Source: an uncultured Planctomycetaceae bacterium
GTDB taxonomy: Bacteria > Planctomycetota > Planctomycetia > Planctomycetales > Planctomycetaceae
NCBI GenBank assembly: GCA_963976765.1
Contig: CAXBME010000002.1
Span: 1-64,000 of the forward strand
DNA: 64,000 nt
Reading direction: 5' to 3'
This document shows, in pieces, positions 20,418-30,497 of the stretch. How positions within the stretch are numbered: position 1 is the stretch's first letter; the number at the start of each line of letters is the position of its first letter. The position numbers and the translations under genes were made by a program. The notes below the pieces were generated by a model. That model searched no databases. It was given only the letters and a program-made list of their open reading frames with translations, and had not been told where the DNA came from.

Positions 20418-20454
20418 AAAAAAGGCTCTTTGGCGGGTATTGCCAAAGAGCCTT
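20418..20454 (-). terminator. Rho-independent terminator of the tRNA-Gln gene
   Basis: 13-bp perfect stem AAGGCTCTTTGGC/GCCAAAGAGCCTT with a 7-nt loop, followed by a T-run on the minus strand. Confidence 0.85.
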
Positions 20455-20460
20455 CTCGAA

Positions 20461-20531
20461 TTGCCCCTCTAGGATTCGAACCTAGACTAATTGAGTCAGA
20501 GTCAATCGTGCTGCCGTTACACTAAAGGGCA
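20461..20531 (-). tRNA. tRNA-Gln (anticodon CTG), CCA not encoded
   Basis: Minus strand TGCCCTTTAGTGTAACGGCAGCACGATTGACT-CTG-ACTCAATTAGTCTAGGTTCGAATCCTAGAGGGGCAA folds as a cloverleaf with a GGTTCGAATCC T-arm. Confidence 0.96.
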
Positions 20532-20722
20532 AAATCGTTTAGTTTTTCGGACCTGCCGTTGGAATCGCACGATCCAGACTCCTCAGGCGGCGGCATTGTA
20601 GCTACACGATTCGAGCGAGCCAAGAGTCGCAGATCGCTCACTTTAAAATGTGTCGAAGATCCTTTGCGAAAACTCATTACGTGTTGTCTATGCCGATCGA
20701 CCAGGCCCTCACGGTGCTTTAG

Positions 20723-21955
20723 TTACGAGTTTCCGGCTTCTCTGAGTCGTTTGACGACGGCCGCAATTCTCTGGGCCGCGGCCGGGATCTCCTCAGGACG
20801 GTTGTCGCTGCTCAGTGTGAACCGAACGGCTGATGTGTAGACGCCTTCCGAACGTCCCATTGCCATCAGGACGGGAGCCGGCTCCGCTGACCCGCTCGCA
20901 CAGGTGCTGCCCAGCGAGCACGCAATACCTTCCAGATCCAACGCAACCAGCAGTGCTTCGCCGTCGACACCGGGGAATGAGATGTTCAGCGTGTTTGGCA
21001 GGCGAAACTCGGACGGGCTGTTGATGACTGTCGGTTCGCAGGTTGTCCGAAGTCGTTGTTCGAGCTCATCACGCATGGACTTCAGCCTGACGATTCGAGA
21101 GTCCATGTCGGCATGGCAGATTTCTAAAGCGCGGGCCATGCCGGCCGCGAGGGCGACCATCTCCGTACCGGGTCGGCGACCGGATTCCTGGTGACCTCCG
21201 TACTGAAGAGGTGACAACTTTACCCCGTCTCGAAGCAGTAAAGCTCCGATGCCTCGCGGCCCGTGAAATTTGTGAGCGCCCAGGGACAGTGACGTTGCCT
21301 TCAGCTCTCGGAAACTGATCGGGATTTTCCCGACGGCCTGAACGGCGTCGATGTGCAGAGGGACTCCGCGTTCTTCGCAGTGCTGAGCGAGCGTTGCCGT
21401 ATCCTGAATAACTCCCGTTTCGTTGTGAGCGAGGATCAACGTTACCAGCTTCAACTGCTCCCACGGCAAAGTCGCGAACTGATCCTGAAGCAGACGACCG
21501 TCCGAGTCGACGTCCATGTTGACCAGTTTCCAGCCTCGCTGCACAAGAGCCCGGCAGGTTTCGATCGTCGCCGGATGTTCGCCAGCCGTCAGCGCGATCG
21601 CCTCCGGAACGGACGACGCGAATCCGAAGATCGCCAGGTTGCTTGCTTCCGTTCCGCCGCTGGTAAAGATGACTTCGCTCGGACTGGCACCCAGCAGGTC
21701 GGCAATTTTTTCGCGAGCGTCTTCGAGTACGCGCCGAGCCTTTCGGCCTTCCGCGTGTCGGCTTCCCGGATTCGCGCAAGCAAACCTTGATTGGTGCGCG
21801 ACTGTTTCAATCACTTCCGGATATGGTCGCGTGGTCGAATTGGCATCAAGAAAAATTCGCCCCGGTTCCAGGGACGGAGTTTCGTTGTCTCCTGCCGACG
21901 GAATTTCAGCCGCACGCTCATCCTGAACTGTCATCTCATCCATTTCCTGTTTCAT
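20723..21955 (-). CDS. iscS: cysteine desulfurase (IscS/NifS type)
   Basis: FLDANSTT, FTSGGTEA, HNETG and HIDAVQ motifs; HKFHGPRG (PLP lysine); SLGSTC (catalytic Cys). Confidence 0.92.
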   Translation of the reverse strand: MKQEMDEMTVQDERAAEIPSAGDNETPSLEPGRIFLDANSTTRPYPEVIETVAHQSRFACANPGSRHAEGRKARRVLEDAREKIADLLGASPSEVIFTSGGTEASNLAIFGFASSVPEAIALTAGEHPATIETCRALVQRGWKLVNMDVDSDGRLLQDQFATLPWEQLKLVTLILAHNETGVIQDTATLAQHCEERGVPLHIDAVQAVGKIPISFRELKATSLSLGAHKFHGPRGIGALLLRDGVKLSPLQYGGHQESGRRPGTEMVALAAGMARALEICHADMDSRIVRLKSMRDELEQRLRTTCEPTVINSPSEFRLPNTLNISFPGVDGEALLVALDLEGIACSLGSTCASGSAEPAPVLMAMGRSEGVYTSAVRFTLSSDNRPEEIPAAAQRIAAVVKRLREAGNS

Positions 21956-21964
21956 GGTCTTTTA

Positions 21965-23242
21965 TCAGCCGTTCCGACCGACAAATTCGCTGACACCATC
22001 GCTGCTGACAAGCAGCAACAGCTTGCTGAGAGGGTGATCCATTCTGTCATGGTCGTCGATGATCTTTGCCTGAACCTGCTCGATAACTTCGTCCGACCCC
22101 AGACTGACCGCCACAAAGAAATCACGGTTAGGCATACCAACAACGAACTCGCGACCGAGCAACTCCTGCAGTGACCGATGGAAAGAATGACTCAGCAGTC
22201 TCGCAGAGTTGTAGGCATCGGGGCGTTCGGGAAGCAGGAGTTGCGAGTTTTCCGGTTCCCCAGTCAGAATCAGCTCCATCGCATTTTTTTCGAAATAAGA
22301 ATCCAGATTCTGAATCGCGATGTCGTGAATATCTTCGACAGTAACGCCCCATGGTTCGATCTGATCGTTGCGGAGGTACCAGTAAGCGTCGGCCTCATCG
22401 ACAACGTACAGAATCGCCAGGCCGCCAACCCACGGCTGAGCCGCAAATTCGGGAAACTGTTTCTTCCAGGTCGATGCCGGATAAAGCATCGGCATGATTC
22501 GGTCGCGAATATCGGCCAGCGACGGATTCAGTCGGGTAGTGTCCCAGTTCTGAACGTCATGGAGGGTATCGAGTGCCGGCTGGACAATCTCTTCGAACTG
22601 GTCGGGCGAGTTTGCATACCGCCGATAAACATTGAAGAGGTTGATCTTCGAGTCGCCGAGCTGCAGTTGCAGCTGGTCGTCGAGTTCGCAGGTGTAACCT
22701 GGAAACTGAGTGCGCGCGATGCTCAGAACTCGATCGGCGAACATTGATGGCGGGTCGGCCAGCGGTTCCGCGAACTCGATCGACCGCATGACTAGACTCA
22801 TAATCGTGTCGGCCTCAGGATCAAATTCGTCATCCTGCAGATAGATGACCATCACGCAAAGGCTCTGACACTTAATGGCCCGAACTCGCCAGCGTCGCCA
22901 CTCCTGCGGAGTCAACGCTCGTTTCCACCAGGGCGTTTCAGGGCCAAGGACAGCTTCGCCCTGGACGCCGATGTTCTCCTGAGGAATATCCAGCTCGGTC
23001 AGACTCTCAACATTTCGCCGAACTGGAAAAATTTCTTCCAGCAGAAGCGGATGATCTTCGAGACGCTTGACGGACTCTTCCAGCCAGATGCAATGAAGTG
23101 TCAGCGAGATTCGGTCATCGGAAGACGTAAGATGCAGGATGTTGCCGTCGGTCTGTGATCTCCAGCCAGGCGGGTGCCGCAGGACGAACCAGTTTGATGG
23201 TCCGATCGACGTGTTCCAGTGTGAGGGAACGTTCGCGGTCAA
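21965..23242 (-). CDS. DUF1444-family protein with an N-terminal PsbP/DcrB-like region
   Basis: RIMPML, YVVD, AIQNL, DAYNSARLL and GMPNRD motifs of DUF1444; N-terminal FVLRHPPGW. Confidence 0.7.
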   Translation of the reverse strand: MTANVPSHWNTSIGPSNWFVLRHPPGWRSQTDGNILHLTSSDDRISLTLHCIWLEESVKRLEDHPLLLEEIFPVRRNVESLTELDIPQENIGVQGEAVLGPETPWWKRALTPQEWRRWRVRAIKCQSLCVMVIYLQDDEFDPEADTIMSLVMRSIEFAEPLADPPSMFADRVLSIARTQFPGYTCELDDQLQLQLGDSKINLFNVYRRYANSPDQFEEIVQPALDTLHDVQNWDTTRLNPSLADIRDRIMPMLYPASTWKKQFPEFAAQPWVGGLAILYVVDEADAYWYLRNDQIEPWGVTVEDIHDIAIQNLDSYFEKNAMELILTGEPENSQLLLPERPDAYNSARLLSHSFHRSLQELLGREFVVGMPNRDFFVAVSLGSDEVIEQVQAKIIDDHDRMDHPLSKLLLLVSSDGVSEFVGRNG

Positions 23243-23672
23243 CTGCTTTACCCTTCAACTTAGCCTGATTCTCTGACCCATCATGTGCCGACTCTACTGT
23301 TTTCCGTCTGGCAGAGGTCTCAATAACTCAGAATTGGATGCCCTGATTTTTCCATCTTAACTCCCTCCTGATAGTTCGAAATAGTCCGCACACATGATGT
23401 CGAACGATCATCCCACGACAGACGAAGGTGGATCCAGTTTCGATGGCGTTTTGCAGTTCAGGCTCCGTCTGTCGGAATCGGCAATCGCTGGTCGGTCACT
23501 CTGACTCGTAATTTTGTCAGGCGACACCTGATCCACCAGAGTTTGCTGAGCGAACCGGACAGACACGGACGTCGTCAGGTCGCTGGAATCGATTGAGAAA
23601 TCTGGCTACACTCCCCGCTTCACGAAACAACCACGTTTCTGGTTACGTTAGAATAAGTGAAGACTTGTTAAA

Positions 23673-23948
23673 ATGCCGCATACAGCTAACGCAAAAAAAG
23701 CTCACCGCAAAAGCCTCAAACTTCGTCTTTCCAATCGTTCCAAGAGGTCTGCTCTGCGAACTCTGGTCAAGAAGTTCACCGCGACAGTGGTGGACGCCGA
23801 AGTTTCATTTGAAGACAAAGAGTTGTTGTTTCGACAGGTTTCCAAACGACTCGACCAGTCGGCGGCCAAGAAGCTGATCCACAAAAACAAGGCCGCACGG
23901 GATAAGTCGCGTCTTTCAAGCCGGCTCGCGGCTGCAAAGAATGGCTGA
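23673..23948 (+). CDS. rpsT: 30S ribosomal protein S20
   Basis: MPHTANAKK...N..KRSALRT...[20 protein letters not shown]. Confidence 0.97.
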   Translation: MPHTANAKKAHRKSLKLRLSNRSKRSALRTLVKKFTATVVDAEVSFEDKELLFRQVSKRLDQSAAKKLIHKNKAARDKSRLSSRLAAAKNG

Positions 23949-24558
23949 TCCTGGTTACTCCCGGCTGAGTCTTTATGGCAGACGCCGAAGTCGGGGGGAC
24001 CATTCGGACGGCATCCCTTTTGCGGTTCCAGCGCCGAGAACGAGTTTCGGGGCAGAACTGAACTGATCAAGCCGATGCGGAGCAGTTGCTTCGCATCGGT
24101 TTTTCGCTGCGCGATGAGAATCTGGCAAGTCGCGACGAAGTCGTTCATTCGGCCGGGACCACGCCAGTTCCAGCTGACCAGCCGCGCTGGAGTTTAACGG
24201 TTATTCCGATCGGCGAATGCAAGGGCAACGGAGTGTTTTCGTAGAGTTTGACAGCCCTGCCGCCTATGCCGTTTCCGTAGGTCTTGCCGTAATTAACGGA
24301 CGTAAGATTTCGCACGCTTGTCGCAGTTGTAACTTCTATAACAGCGCCAGTGGTAGCGGTTAAACGGAATGTCTTGCTGGCGACAGTTGTGATGGTCGTT
24401 CTCGTTCAACCGGTCGAAATACCCACAGCGGAAGAACCGGTGCAATCATTGCATTTGTTGAGTCCGATTCTGCCGGCAACGATGCCAGCAGCGAAAACAC
24501 CGAATGAGCGGACATTGTGTCATTCCGCTGTCGGGTATTGATCAGGAAGGAGCCGCTC

Positions 24559-27500
24559 GTGACTGTTCGTCCGTGGTTGAAGGAATTTTGTGCGAAGCTG
24601 AATCTGTCATCGCATTCCCGCAGTCGCCGGCTTAAACGCCCTGACCGTGCTCTAACGAGGCATTCCAGCAGCGTTGTTCAGCAGTCGCTGGAGACACTGG
24701 AAGACCGCACTCTGCTGGCGGCATCCGTCATCTTTGGGTTCGGCGAATTACAGATCCTTACGGACGCCAACGAAACCGTCCTCATTCGGGAAAACCCCAC
24801 AACTCCTGGTCGAGTCGACGTGCAGATTGGCACCACGACAACTGCGGCGACGACTGCTCCGTCGCTGCCGAACGTGTCGACGGCGGACGTAACGTCGATC
24901 GTGCTGATCACCGGTTCCGGAGATAATACGATCGACTTAAGCGGCGTGCTCGCTTCCGCGTTCACCGGTCTGACTTCCATCAGCGTACAGGGTGGGAACG
25001 GAGATGACGTCATCATTGGCAGCCCCGACCTGGCAATGACGGCTGAGGGCCAGGACGGCGACGACTCGATCACCGGTGGCAGTGCGGACGACACGATCTT
25101 CGGTGGTGACGGGGCCGACACAATTTCTGGACAGGCTGGCAACGACAGCATCAACGCAGGTGACGGCGACGACCTGGTGACGGGTGACGACGGTGACGAC
25201 ACGATTCTCGCTGACGATGGGAACGACACCGTTTCCGGGAACCTCGGTGACGACAGCATTCTCGGCGGCGACGGTCTGGACAGCCTATCGGGCAACGAAG
25301 GCCTCGACACAGTGAACGGCAACTCGGGCGACGACACGATCTCAGGAGACCAGGGGGCCGACTTTCTTCTCGGAGGCGGTGGAGCCGACCTTATTAACGG
25401 CGGTGATGACGATGACACCATCCTTGGACAGTCTGGCCGCGACACATTGCTGGGCGACGGCGGTGCAGACTTCGTCGATGGCGGAAGCTCCGCGGACTCA
25501 ATTGAAGGCGGAACTGGCAACGACACGCTGAATGGCATGGCCGGAGCGGACACCATTGTCGGACGTGACGGCGACGACGTGATCTTTGGAGGAGCCGATG
25601 GAGACATGCTCTTCGGCGATAGTGCCGGAACGATCGTTGCAGATTCCGGTAACGATTTGATCGAGGGACAGGGCGGCAACGACACGATTCAAGGCGGCGT
25701 CGGGACAGATACCCTGCGTGGTGGCGACGGGAACGATTTCATCGAAAGTGGCGATGCCAGTTTCGTGAATCCGGTGCAGATCACGATTGGTGACGTCGTT
25801 TCCGGGCCAGAGAGCAACGCAGAGAATATTTTCTTCAGTAACGCGAACAATGTGAGTTCAGGGTTGTCGTTCCCCGATGACGTTAAGACAGCTGACGTCG
25901 ATAACGATGGCGATCTCGATATTATCGCCGGCGATGCCGGATCGATCTCAGTGATGATCAACACCGGAAGCGGAGCATTCGCCGCGGGTGTGACTTACGC
26001 CGCAGGTATTACCAACCTCGAGGAGATCGCCCTCGCAGACTTCGACAACGATGGTGATCTGGACATAGTGTCGGCTGGTTTTTCCGGTACGACTCTTGGC
26101 CTGCTGATGAATCTGGGAAACGGAACGTATTCCGCGCCTATAACGCTCACAGCCAGTGAGTCGTTGAGCGGCGAGACACTCGACGTGGGTGACTTCAACA
26201 GCGATGGCTTTGTCGACATTGTCATTGTGGCATCAACAATTACGAACCCTTCCGTATTCACGTTCCTGAATGATGGCGCGGGCGGCTTAAATCAGGTGAC
26301 AGCTGGAACTCTGGGGGGAGTTCAGAGTATTGAAGACCTGACAGTCGCTGACTTCAACAACGACGGATCGCTGGATATTGCGGTAATCAATGACTTCATC
26401 AACGAGACGGTCGTCGTTCTGACTAACAATGGTCTGGGAAACTTTACGACGATATCCACGGTCGCCATCCCAGGCACGTCTTTCCTTCAGCATATCGAGA
26501 GTGCTGACATCGATAACGACGGCGATATCGACCTTGCCGTCAGTGACAGCTTTGGGAACAACAATATCTTCGTGCTCAGAAATAACGGTGGCGGCACGAT
26601 GACGTTGGACCAGACGTTAACACCAACAACCACGTTCGGTTCGGACGGCTTTACTTTCGGGGACTTCAACGGTGATGGCTTCATTGACATTCTGACGTCT
26701 GACGATTTCAGTAGTCCCGACCAGACGATTGTGTTCATCAACGATGGAACCGGCACCTACTCCACGGTACTGAACTTCCCAAATAACAACTTCTTTACCA
26801 CATCCAACGACGAATACGCCACGGGCGATTTTGATGCTGATGGTGATCTGGATTACGTTACCGTCGGCGCTTTTCAGTCGGTGGACGTGTTCCTGAATAA
26901 CCCGGTTCCAGCCCCAACGCTGTCATTCCCGGTTCGATTGTCGGCCCCGTCGACGGTACCGGTGACGGTTGATTTCCGGACAGTTGATAACACTGCACTG
27001 TCAGGATCAGACTTTATCGCGAACGCTGGAACAATCACGTTCCAGCCCGGTGAGGTTCTCCAGAATATTCGAGTTCAAGCGATCGGTGACACACTTCCTG
27101 AGCAGGACGAAGTGTTCTTTGTCGAACTGTCCAATCCAACTGGAGCAGCGATCATCTCAGATCGGCAGGCCCAGGGTTTGATCTCGGACGACGATGGTGG
27201 AACTCCGTTACCAACCGTTTCGATCACCAGTCAGGTTCTGCCCGCCGAAGGGAACGGAACCAACACGACGGTCGTATTGACGGTTAACCTGTCGGCAGTA
27301 TCGGCGAACACGGTGACGGTCGAATTTGAGACCGGCGGACTCACTGCGATATCGAACGTCGACTTTGTTCAAACGATGGGAACAGTGACGTTCGCACCAG
27401 GCGAAACCACGCAGACAGTTTCTGTGGACGTCGTCGGTGACCGGTTGTTCGAGATGGATGAGACATTCGCCGTCAATCTGCTGAACCCCGTGAATGCGAC

Positions 27501-28923
27501 CATCAGCACAAGCTCGGGCGTTGTCACCATTACCAATGACGATTCAGGCGTCATCATGGATTCGGACTTCCTGTTCGGTGGTGCTGGCAACGACACCCTG
27601 CTCGGTTCCAGTGGCGACGATTTCCTCAATGGGAACAGCGGAGACGATTCACTGTCGGGAGCCGCTGGGGATGACACTCTGCTGGGTGGCGGCGGTGACG
27701 ATACATTGAGTGGCGGTACGGGGAACGACGTTCTGCAGGGGCAGAGCGGAAACGATGTCGTCAATGGTGACGAGGGCGAAGATGTCATCGTGTTCGGCGG
27801 AACTGGCGACGGTCTGGATACAGTCGACGGTGGCACGGGATCGGACACTGTGCGAGTTGACGGAACGTCCGGCAATGACACTTTCAGCGTTTCCCAGGAT
27901 GCTCTGGGGCTACTGACTGTCAGTCAGGGGACGGCCACAATCACCATCAATCCAAGTTCGGTTCAGGCAGTAATTGTTAACGGACTTGCCGGAAATGATT
28001 TCATCAGCATTGGTGATCTCGACCGTGTTGGTCGAATCGTGCTGATTGCCAATGGTGGATTTGGCAATGACACCATTGACGCCGGAAGCAGAAATACTGG
28101 CAGCGTCATCCTTCAGATTAACGGTGAAGGGGGCGACGACACGCTTGCTGGCGGCTTGCGGAACGACCAGATCAACGGCGGCATTGGCGACGATTCTGTG
28201 ATCGGCGGTGAGGGCGACGATACACTTTCCGGCAATGATGGCCAGGACATCATCGCTGGCGGACTGGGTAGCGATCTGATCCGAGGAGATGCCGGCAACG
28301 ATACGCTGGCCGGAGACGAAGGTGACGATGTTATCGACGGTGGCCTGGACAGTGATGTCATCACAGGTGGCGACGGCAACGACACGCTGCGAGGCAACTT
28401 CGGTGACGACGCTCTGAACGGAATGGCCGGCGACGATTCAATCCTGGGTTCGTCCGGTCGAGATACACTGGCCGGTGGCGCGGGCAACGACACGCTGGAC
28501 GGCGGTCGCAATGACGACCGGATTCGAGGCCAGAGTGGTGACGACCTGATTCGCGGTGATCACGGCGACGACTTCATCACTGGAGACGCTGGCGACGATG
28601 AGATCGTCGGCGAAGATGGCAACGACACGATCATGGGCGGCGACGGAGCAGATGGGATTTCGGGTGGCGACGGTGACGACTTCATCGAAGGCCAGGGAAT
28701 GAATGACATTATCATCGGCGGCGACGGCAACGACACGTTGCGAGGCGGCGGGGGTAACGACACGATTCTTGGCGAGCAGGGCGACGACGTCATCAACGGG
28801 AACTCCGGCACCGATATCGCAGCGACCGGCGAAGGGGCCGATCCACCAACCACAGATGTCGAAGTCATCGACGAAGGCTTCATGCTTGATTCGCAGATGA
28901 TGATGAAGCTTGACGGCGTATAA
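24559..28923 (+). CDS. giant calcium-binding RTX-type surface protein with LExRxLL leader, FG-GAP/VCBS propeller and two Calx-beta domains
   Basis: LETLEDRTLLA motif; many GGxGxD nonapeptides at both ends; seven DxxxDGxxD repeats; Calx-beta motifs (VTVDF.T...TA..GSDF, GT.TF.PGE). GTG start follows AGGAAGGAG. Confidence 0.9.
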   Translation: MTVRPWLKEFCAKLNLSSHSRSRRLKRPDRALTRHSSSVVQQSLETLEDRTLLAASVIFGFGELQILTDANETVLIRENPTTPGRVDVQIGTTTTAATTAPSLPNVSTADVTSIVLITGSGDNTIDLSGVLASAFTGLTSISVQGGNGDDVIIGSPDLAMTAEGQDGDDSITGGSADDTIFGGDGADTISGQAGNDSINAGDGDDLVTGDDGDDTILADDGNDTVSGNLGDDSILGGDGLDSLSGNEGLDTVNGNSGDDTISGDQGADFLLGGGGADLINGGDDDDTILGQSGRDTLLGDGGADFVDGGSSADSIEGGTGNDTLNGMAGADTIVGRDGDDVIFGGADGDMLFGDSAGTIVADSGNDLIEGQGGNDTIQGGVGTDTLRGGDGNDFIESGDASFVNPVQITIGDVVSGPESNAENIFFSNANNVSSGLSFPDDVKTADVDNDGDLDIIAGDAGSISVMINTGSGAFAAGVTYAAGITNLEEIALADFDNDGDLDIVSAGFSGTTLGLLMNLGNGTYSAPITLTASESLSGETLDVGDFNSDGFVDIVIVASTITNPSVFTFLNDGAGGLNQVTAGTLGGVQSIEDLTVADFNNDGSLDIAVINDFINETVVVLTNNGLGNFTTISTVAIPGTSFLQHIESADIDNDGDIDLAVSDSFGNNNIFVLRNNGGGTMTLDQTLTPTTTFGSDGFTFGDFNGDGFIDILTSDDFSSPDQTIVFINDGTGTYSTVLNFPNNNFFTTSNDEYATGDFDADGDLDYVTVGAFQSVDVFLNNPVPAPTLSFPVRLSAPSTVPVTVDFRTVDNTALSGSDFIANAGTITFQPGEVLQNIRVQAIGDTLPEQDEVFFVELSNPTGAAIISDRQAQGLISDDDGGTPLPTVSITSQVLPAEGNGTNTTVVLTVNLSAVSANTVTVEFETGGLTAISNVDFVQTMGTVTFAPGETTQTVSVDVVGDRLFEMDETFAVNLLNPVNATISTSSGVVTITNDDSGVIMDSDFLFGGAGNDTLLGSSGDDFLNGNSGDDSLSGAAGDDTLLGGGGDDTLSGGTGNDVLQGQSGNDVVNGDEGEDVIVFGGTGDGLDTVDGGTGSDTVRVDGTSGNDTFSVSQDALGLLTVSQGTATITINPSSVQAVIVNGLAGNDFISIGDLDRVGRIVLIANGGFGNDTIDAGSRNTGSVILQINGEGGDDTLAGGLRNDQINGGIGDDSVIGGEGDDTLSGNDGQDIIAGGLGSDLIRGDAGNDTLAGDEGDDVIDGGLDSDVITGGDGNDTLRGNFGDDALNGMAGDDSILGSSGRDTLAGGAGNDTLDGGRNDDRIRGQSGDDLIRGDHGDDFITGDAGDDEIVGEDGNDTIMGGDGADGISGGDGDDFIEGQGMNDIIIGGDGNDTLRGGGGNDTILGEQGDDVINGNSGTDIAATGEGADPPTTDVEVIDEGFMLDSQMMMKLDGV

Positions 28924-28949
28924 CAGTCGCCGATCGATGGCGATACCTG

Positions 28950-28983
28950 AGCCCGATTCGACAAATTCGAATCGGGCTTTTTT
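28950..28983 (+). terminator. Rho-independent terminator
   Basis: AGCCCGATTCGA-CAAAT-TCGAATCGGGCT followed by a T-run, just after the RTX gene stop. Confidence 0.88.
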
Positions 28984-29081
28984 ATTGGCGATGCCGTGAT
29001 CACGAACGCTGATCGGCTACATCAATGCGTTCAGGTTCGCTTTGCTCGTCAATCAAAGTCGCGACTGCGCAGCGTCGCAGG

Positions 29082-30353
29082 TTATGCAAGCGCCGGGTGG
29101 ACGGTGGATTCGTCGACGACCGTCGCGATTGCGTTCGGTGTCAACGCTCGACCAAGTGTTGCCGAGACGGCGATCGTGCCGCCCTGCCGCGTTACCGCTT
29201 CGATCAGGCTGACGAACGCGGCGATCGGCAGGCCGAACCAGTATCCCAGTTTCAGTTGCCAGCGTTGCCGCCATGAAAGTTTCCTGACGACAGGATGCTC
29301 GCCGCCGCGGTGCAGTAACGAGTACAGCGAGTTTCGCGGCGTCCCTGAAATGCGATTCAGCAGACTCTGCAGCCAGCCGAACGAATTCTGCAGCATCGCC
29401 ATGTGGCGTACCGAATCGGAGTGAAACCCGTTGCAAATCAGAAGTCGTTGCAGCGTTTCCGGCGTGAAGTGGTAAAGATGTCGCGGCAGGTCGAGATGAA
29501 ACCAGTCGTGGCCGGTACGCTGCGACTGAAGGCTTCCAAAATTCGGAACCGCCAGAATCAGTCGACCGCCTGGCCGAAGAATTCGACGGATCTCGGCGAG
29601 CGTCTTTTCGGGGTGTGGTAGATGTTCCAGAACATGCCACATAATGACGGCATCGAATGTGTTCGCGTCATAGCCAGCTTTTGAAAGTTCGGGAGCGATG
29701 CGGATTTGCGCTCGCGGGTCCGCGCCGGATGCCGCTTCGGGAGCGATTTCAACGCCGTGCGCTTCGTGGCCGAGGTCGAGCAGTGCTCGCAGCATGACTC
29801 CTCGCCCACAGCCTACGTCCAGAACTTTTGATCCGGCGGGCAGATCGCCGACGAGCGATTTGACTCGCAGCTTCGCGCCGAGTCTCACCCCGAATTCGAC
29901 AACTGGTTCAAACTTCGCGCTCGGCTCGCCGTAGTACTCGGCCGGGTAAAACGATTGGATTCGCTCAGCAGTCGGCATTGGATAAAGAGAGCCAAGTCCG
30001 CAGCTTTCGCACGCGACGAGCTCTTCCGGGACACCTTCGATTGAATATAACCGTCTGGCTGACGTCGCGTGACAGGCGATGCACGGAGACGTTGAGACCT
30101 GAGTATTGCCCGTTAAGGCTCTTACAGCGGGGTGCTCGGGGATGGTCGCTTCGACTGACGAATCGGCGTCGGCTTCACGCAGGAGTTTTTCGAGCGACTC
30201 GATTTCAGCCAACGCGTCCTGCGGCTGCCGGACGTTGGCAAATGGCCGGACGTTGGCAACGGATGGATCAGATGTCGCAGGCGAAGATCCAGCGACCTCG
30301 ACAACAGCGTCGAGATCTTCGGAAGAAAGCTGGTTTTCGTGAGCGTCAGGCAT
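29082..30353 (-). CDS. class I SAM-dependent methyltransferase with N-terminal zinc ribbon
   Basis: CIAC...CESC; VLDVGCGRG; FDAVIMWHVLEH; LRPGG; PRHLYHF. Start at ATG 30353. Confidence 0.9.
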   Translation of the reverse strand: MPDAHENQLSSEDLDAVVEVAGSSPATSDPSVANVRPFANVRQPQDALAEIESLEKLLREADADSSVEATIPEHPAVRALTGNTQVSTSPCIACHATSARRLYSIEGVPEELVACESCGLGSLYPMPTAERIQSFYPAEYYGEPSAKFEPVVEFGVRLGAKLRVKSLVGDLPAGSKVLDVGCGRGVMLRALLDLGHEAHGVEIAPEAASGADPRAQIRIAPELSKAGYDANTFDAVIMWHVLEHLPHPEKTLAEIRRILRPGGRLILAVPNFGSLQSQRTGHDWFHLDLPRHLYHFTPETLQRLLICNGFHSDSVRHMAMLQNSFGWLQSLLNRISGTPRNSLYSLLHRGGEHPVVRKLSWRQRWQLKLGYWFGLPIAAFVSLIEAVTRQGGTIAVSATLGRALTPNAIATVVDESTVHPALA

Positions 30354-30497
30354 GATGACATCGACCTTCGAACGGGGATTGCAACACTGCAACCATAGGT
30401 CGAAAGGGATGTCGCAACGGAATTTGCCGCAGGCCTGACAGGTAATTCCGATAAGCAACGCCAGGCTGTTCCGGCTGTACGGAATATTCAGCCTCGC

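Noticed and set aside
20138..20460. tRNA-Gln 3' end as an integration site, or an ncRNA in the downstream spacer (hairpin 20329-20360)
   Set aside because: There is no integrase and no duplicated tRNA 3' end, and a terminator follows directly. A lone 10-bp hairpin is not enough to call an RNA gene.
20461..21955. Functional link between the cysteine desulfurase and the adjacent tRNA-Gln (thiolation)
   Set aside because: The anticodon is CTG (C34), so it is not an s2U34 substrate. The proximity is probably incidental.
24678..25685. Ser/Pro-rich antisense ORFs over the RTX gene
   Set aside because: They are the reverse-strand reading of GGxGxD nonapeptide codons.
24980..28830. Periodic GGCGACGAC/GGCAACGAC repeats as a possible CRISPR or DNA repeat array
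   Set aside because: The 27-nt periodicity is explained by in-frame RTX nonapeptides. There are no identical repeats with unique spacers and no cas genes.
30227..30259. 15-bp direct repeat with an 18-bp period in the methyltransferase 5' region
   Set aside because: This is an in-frame micro-duplication (ANVRPF/ANVRQP) in a disordered N-terminus, with no sign of phase variation.
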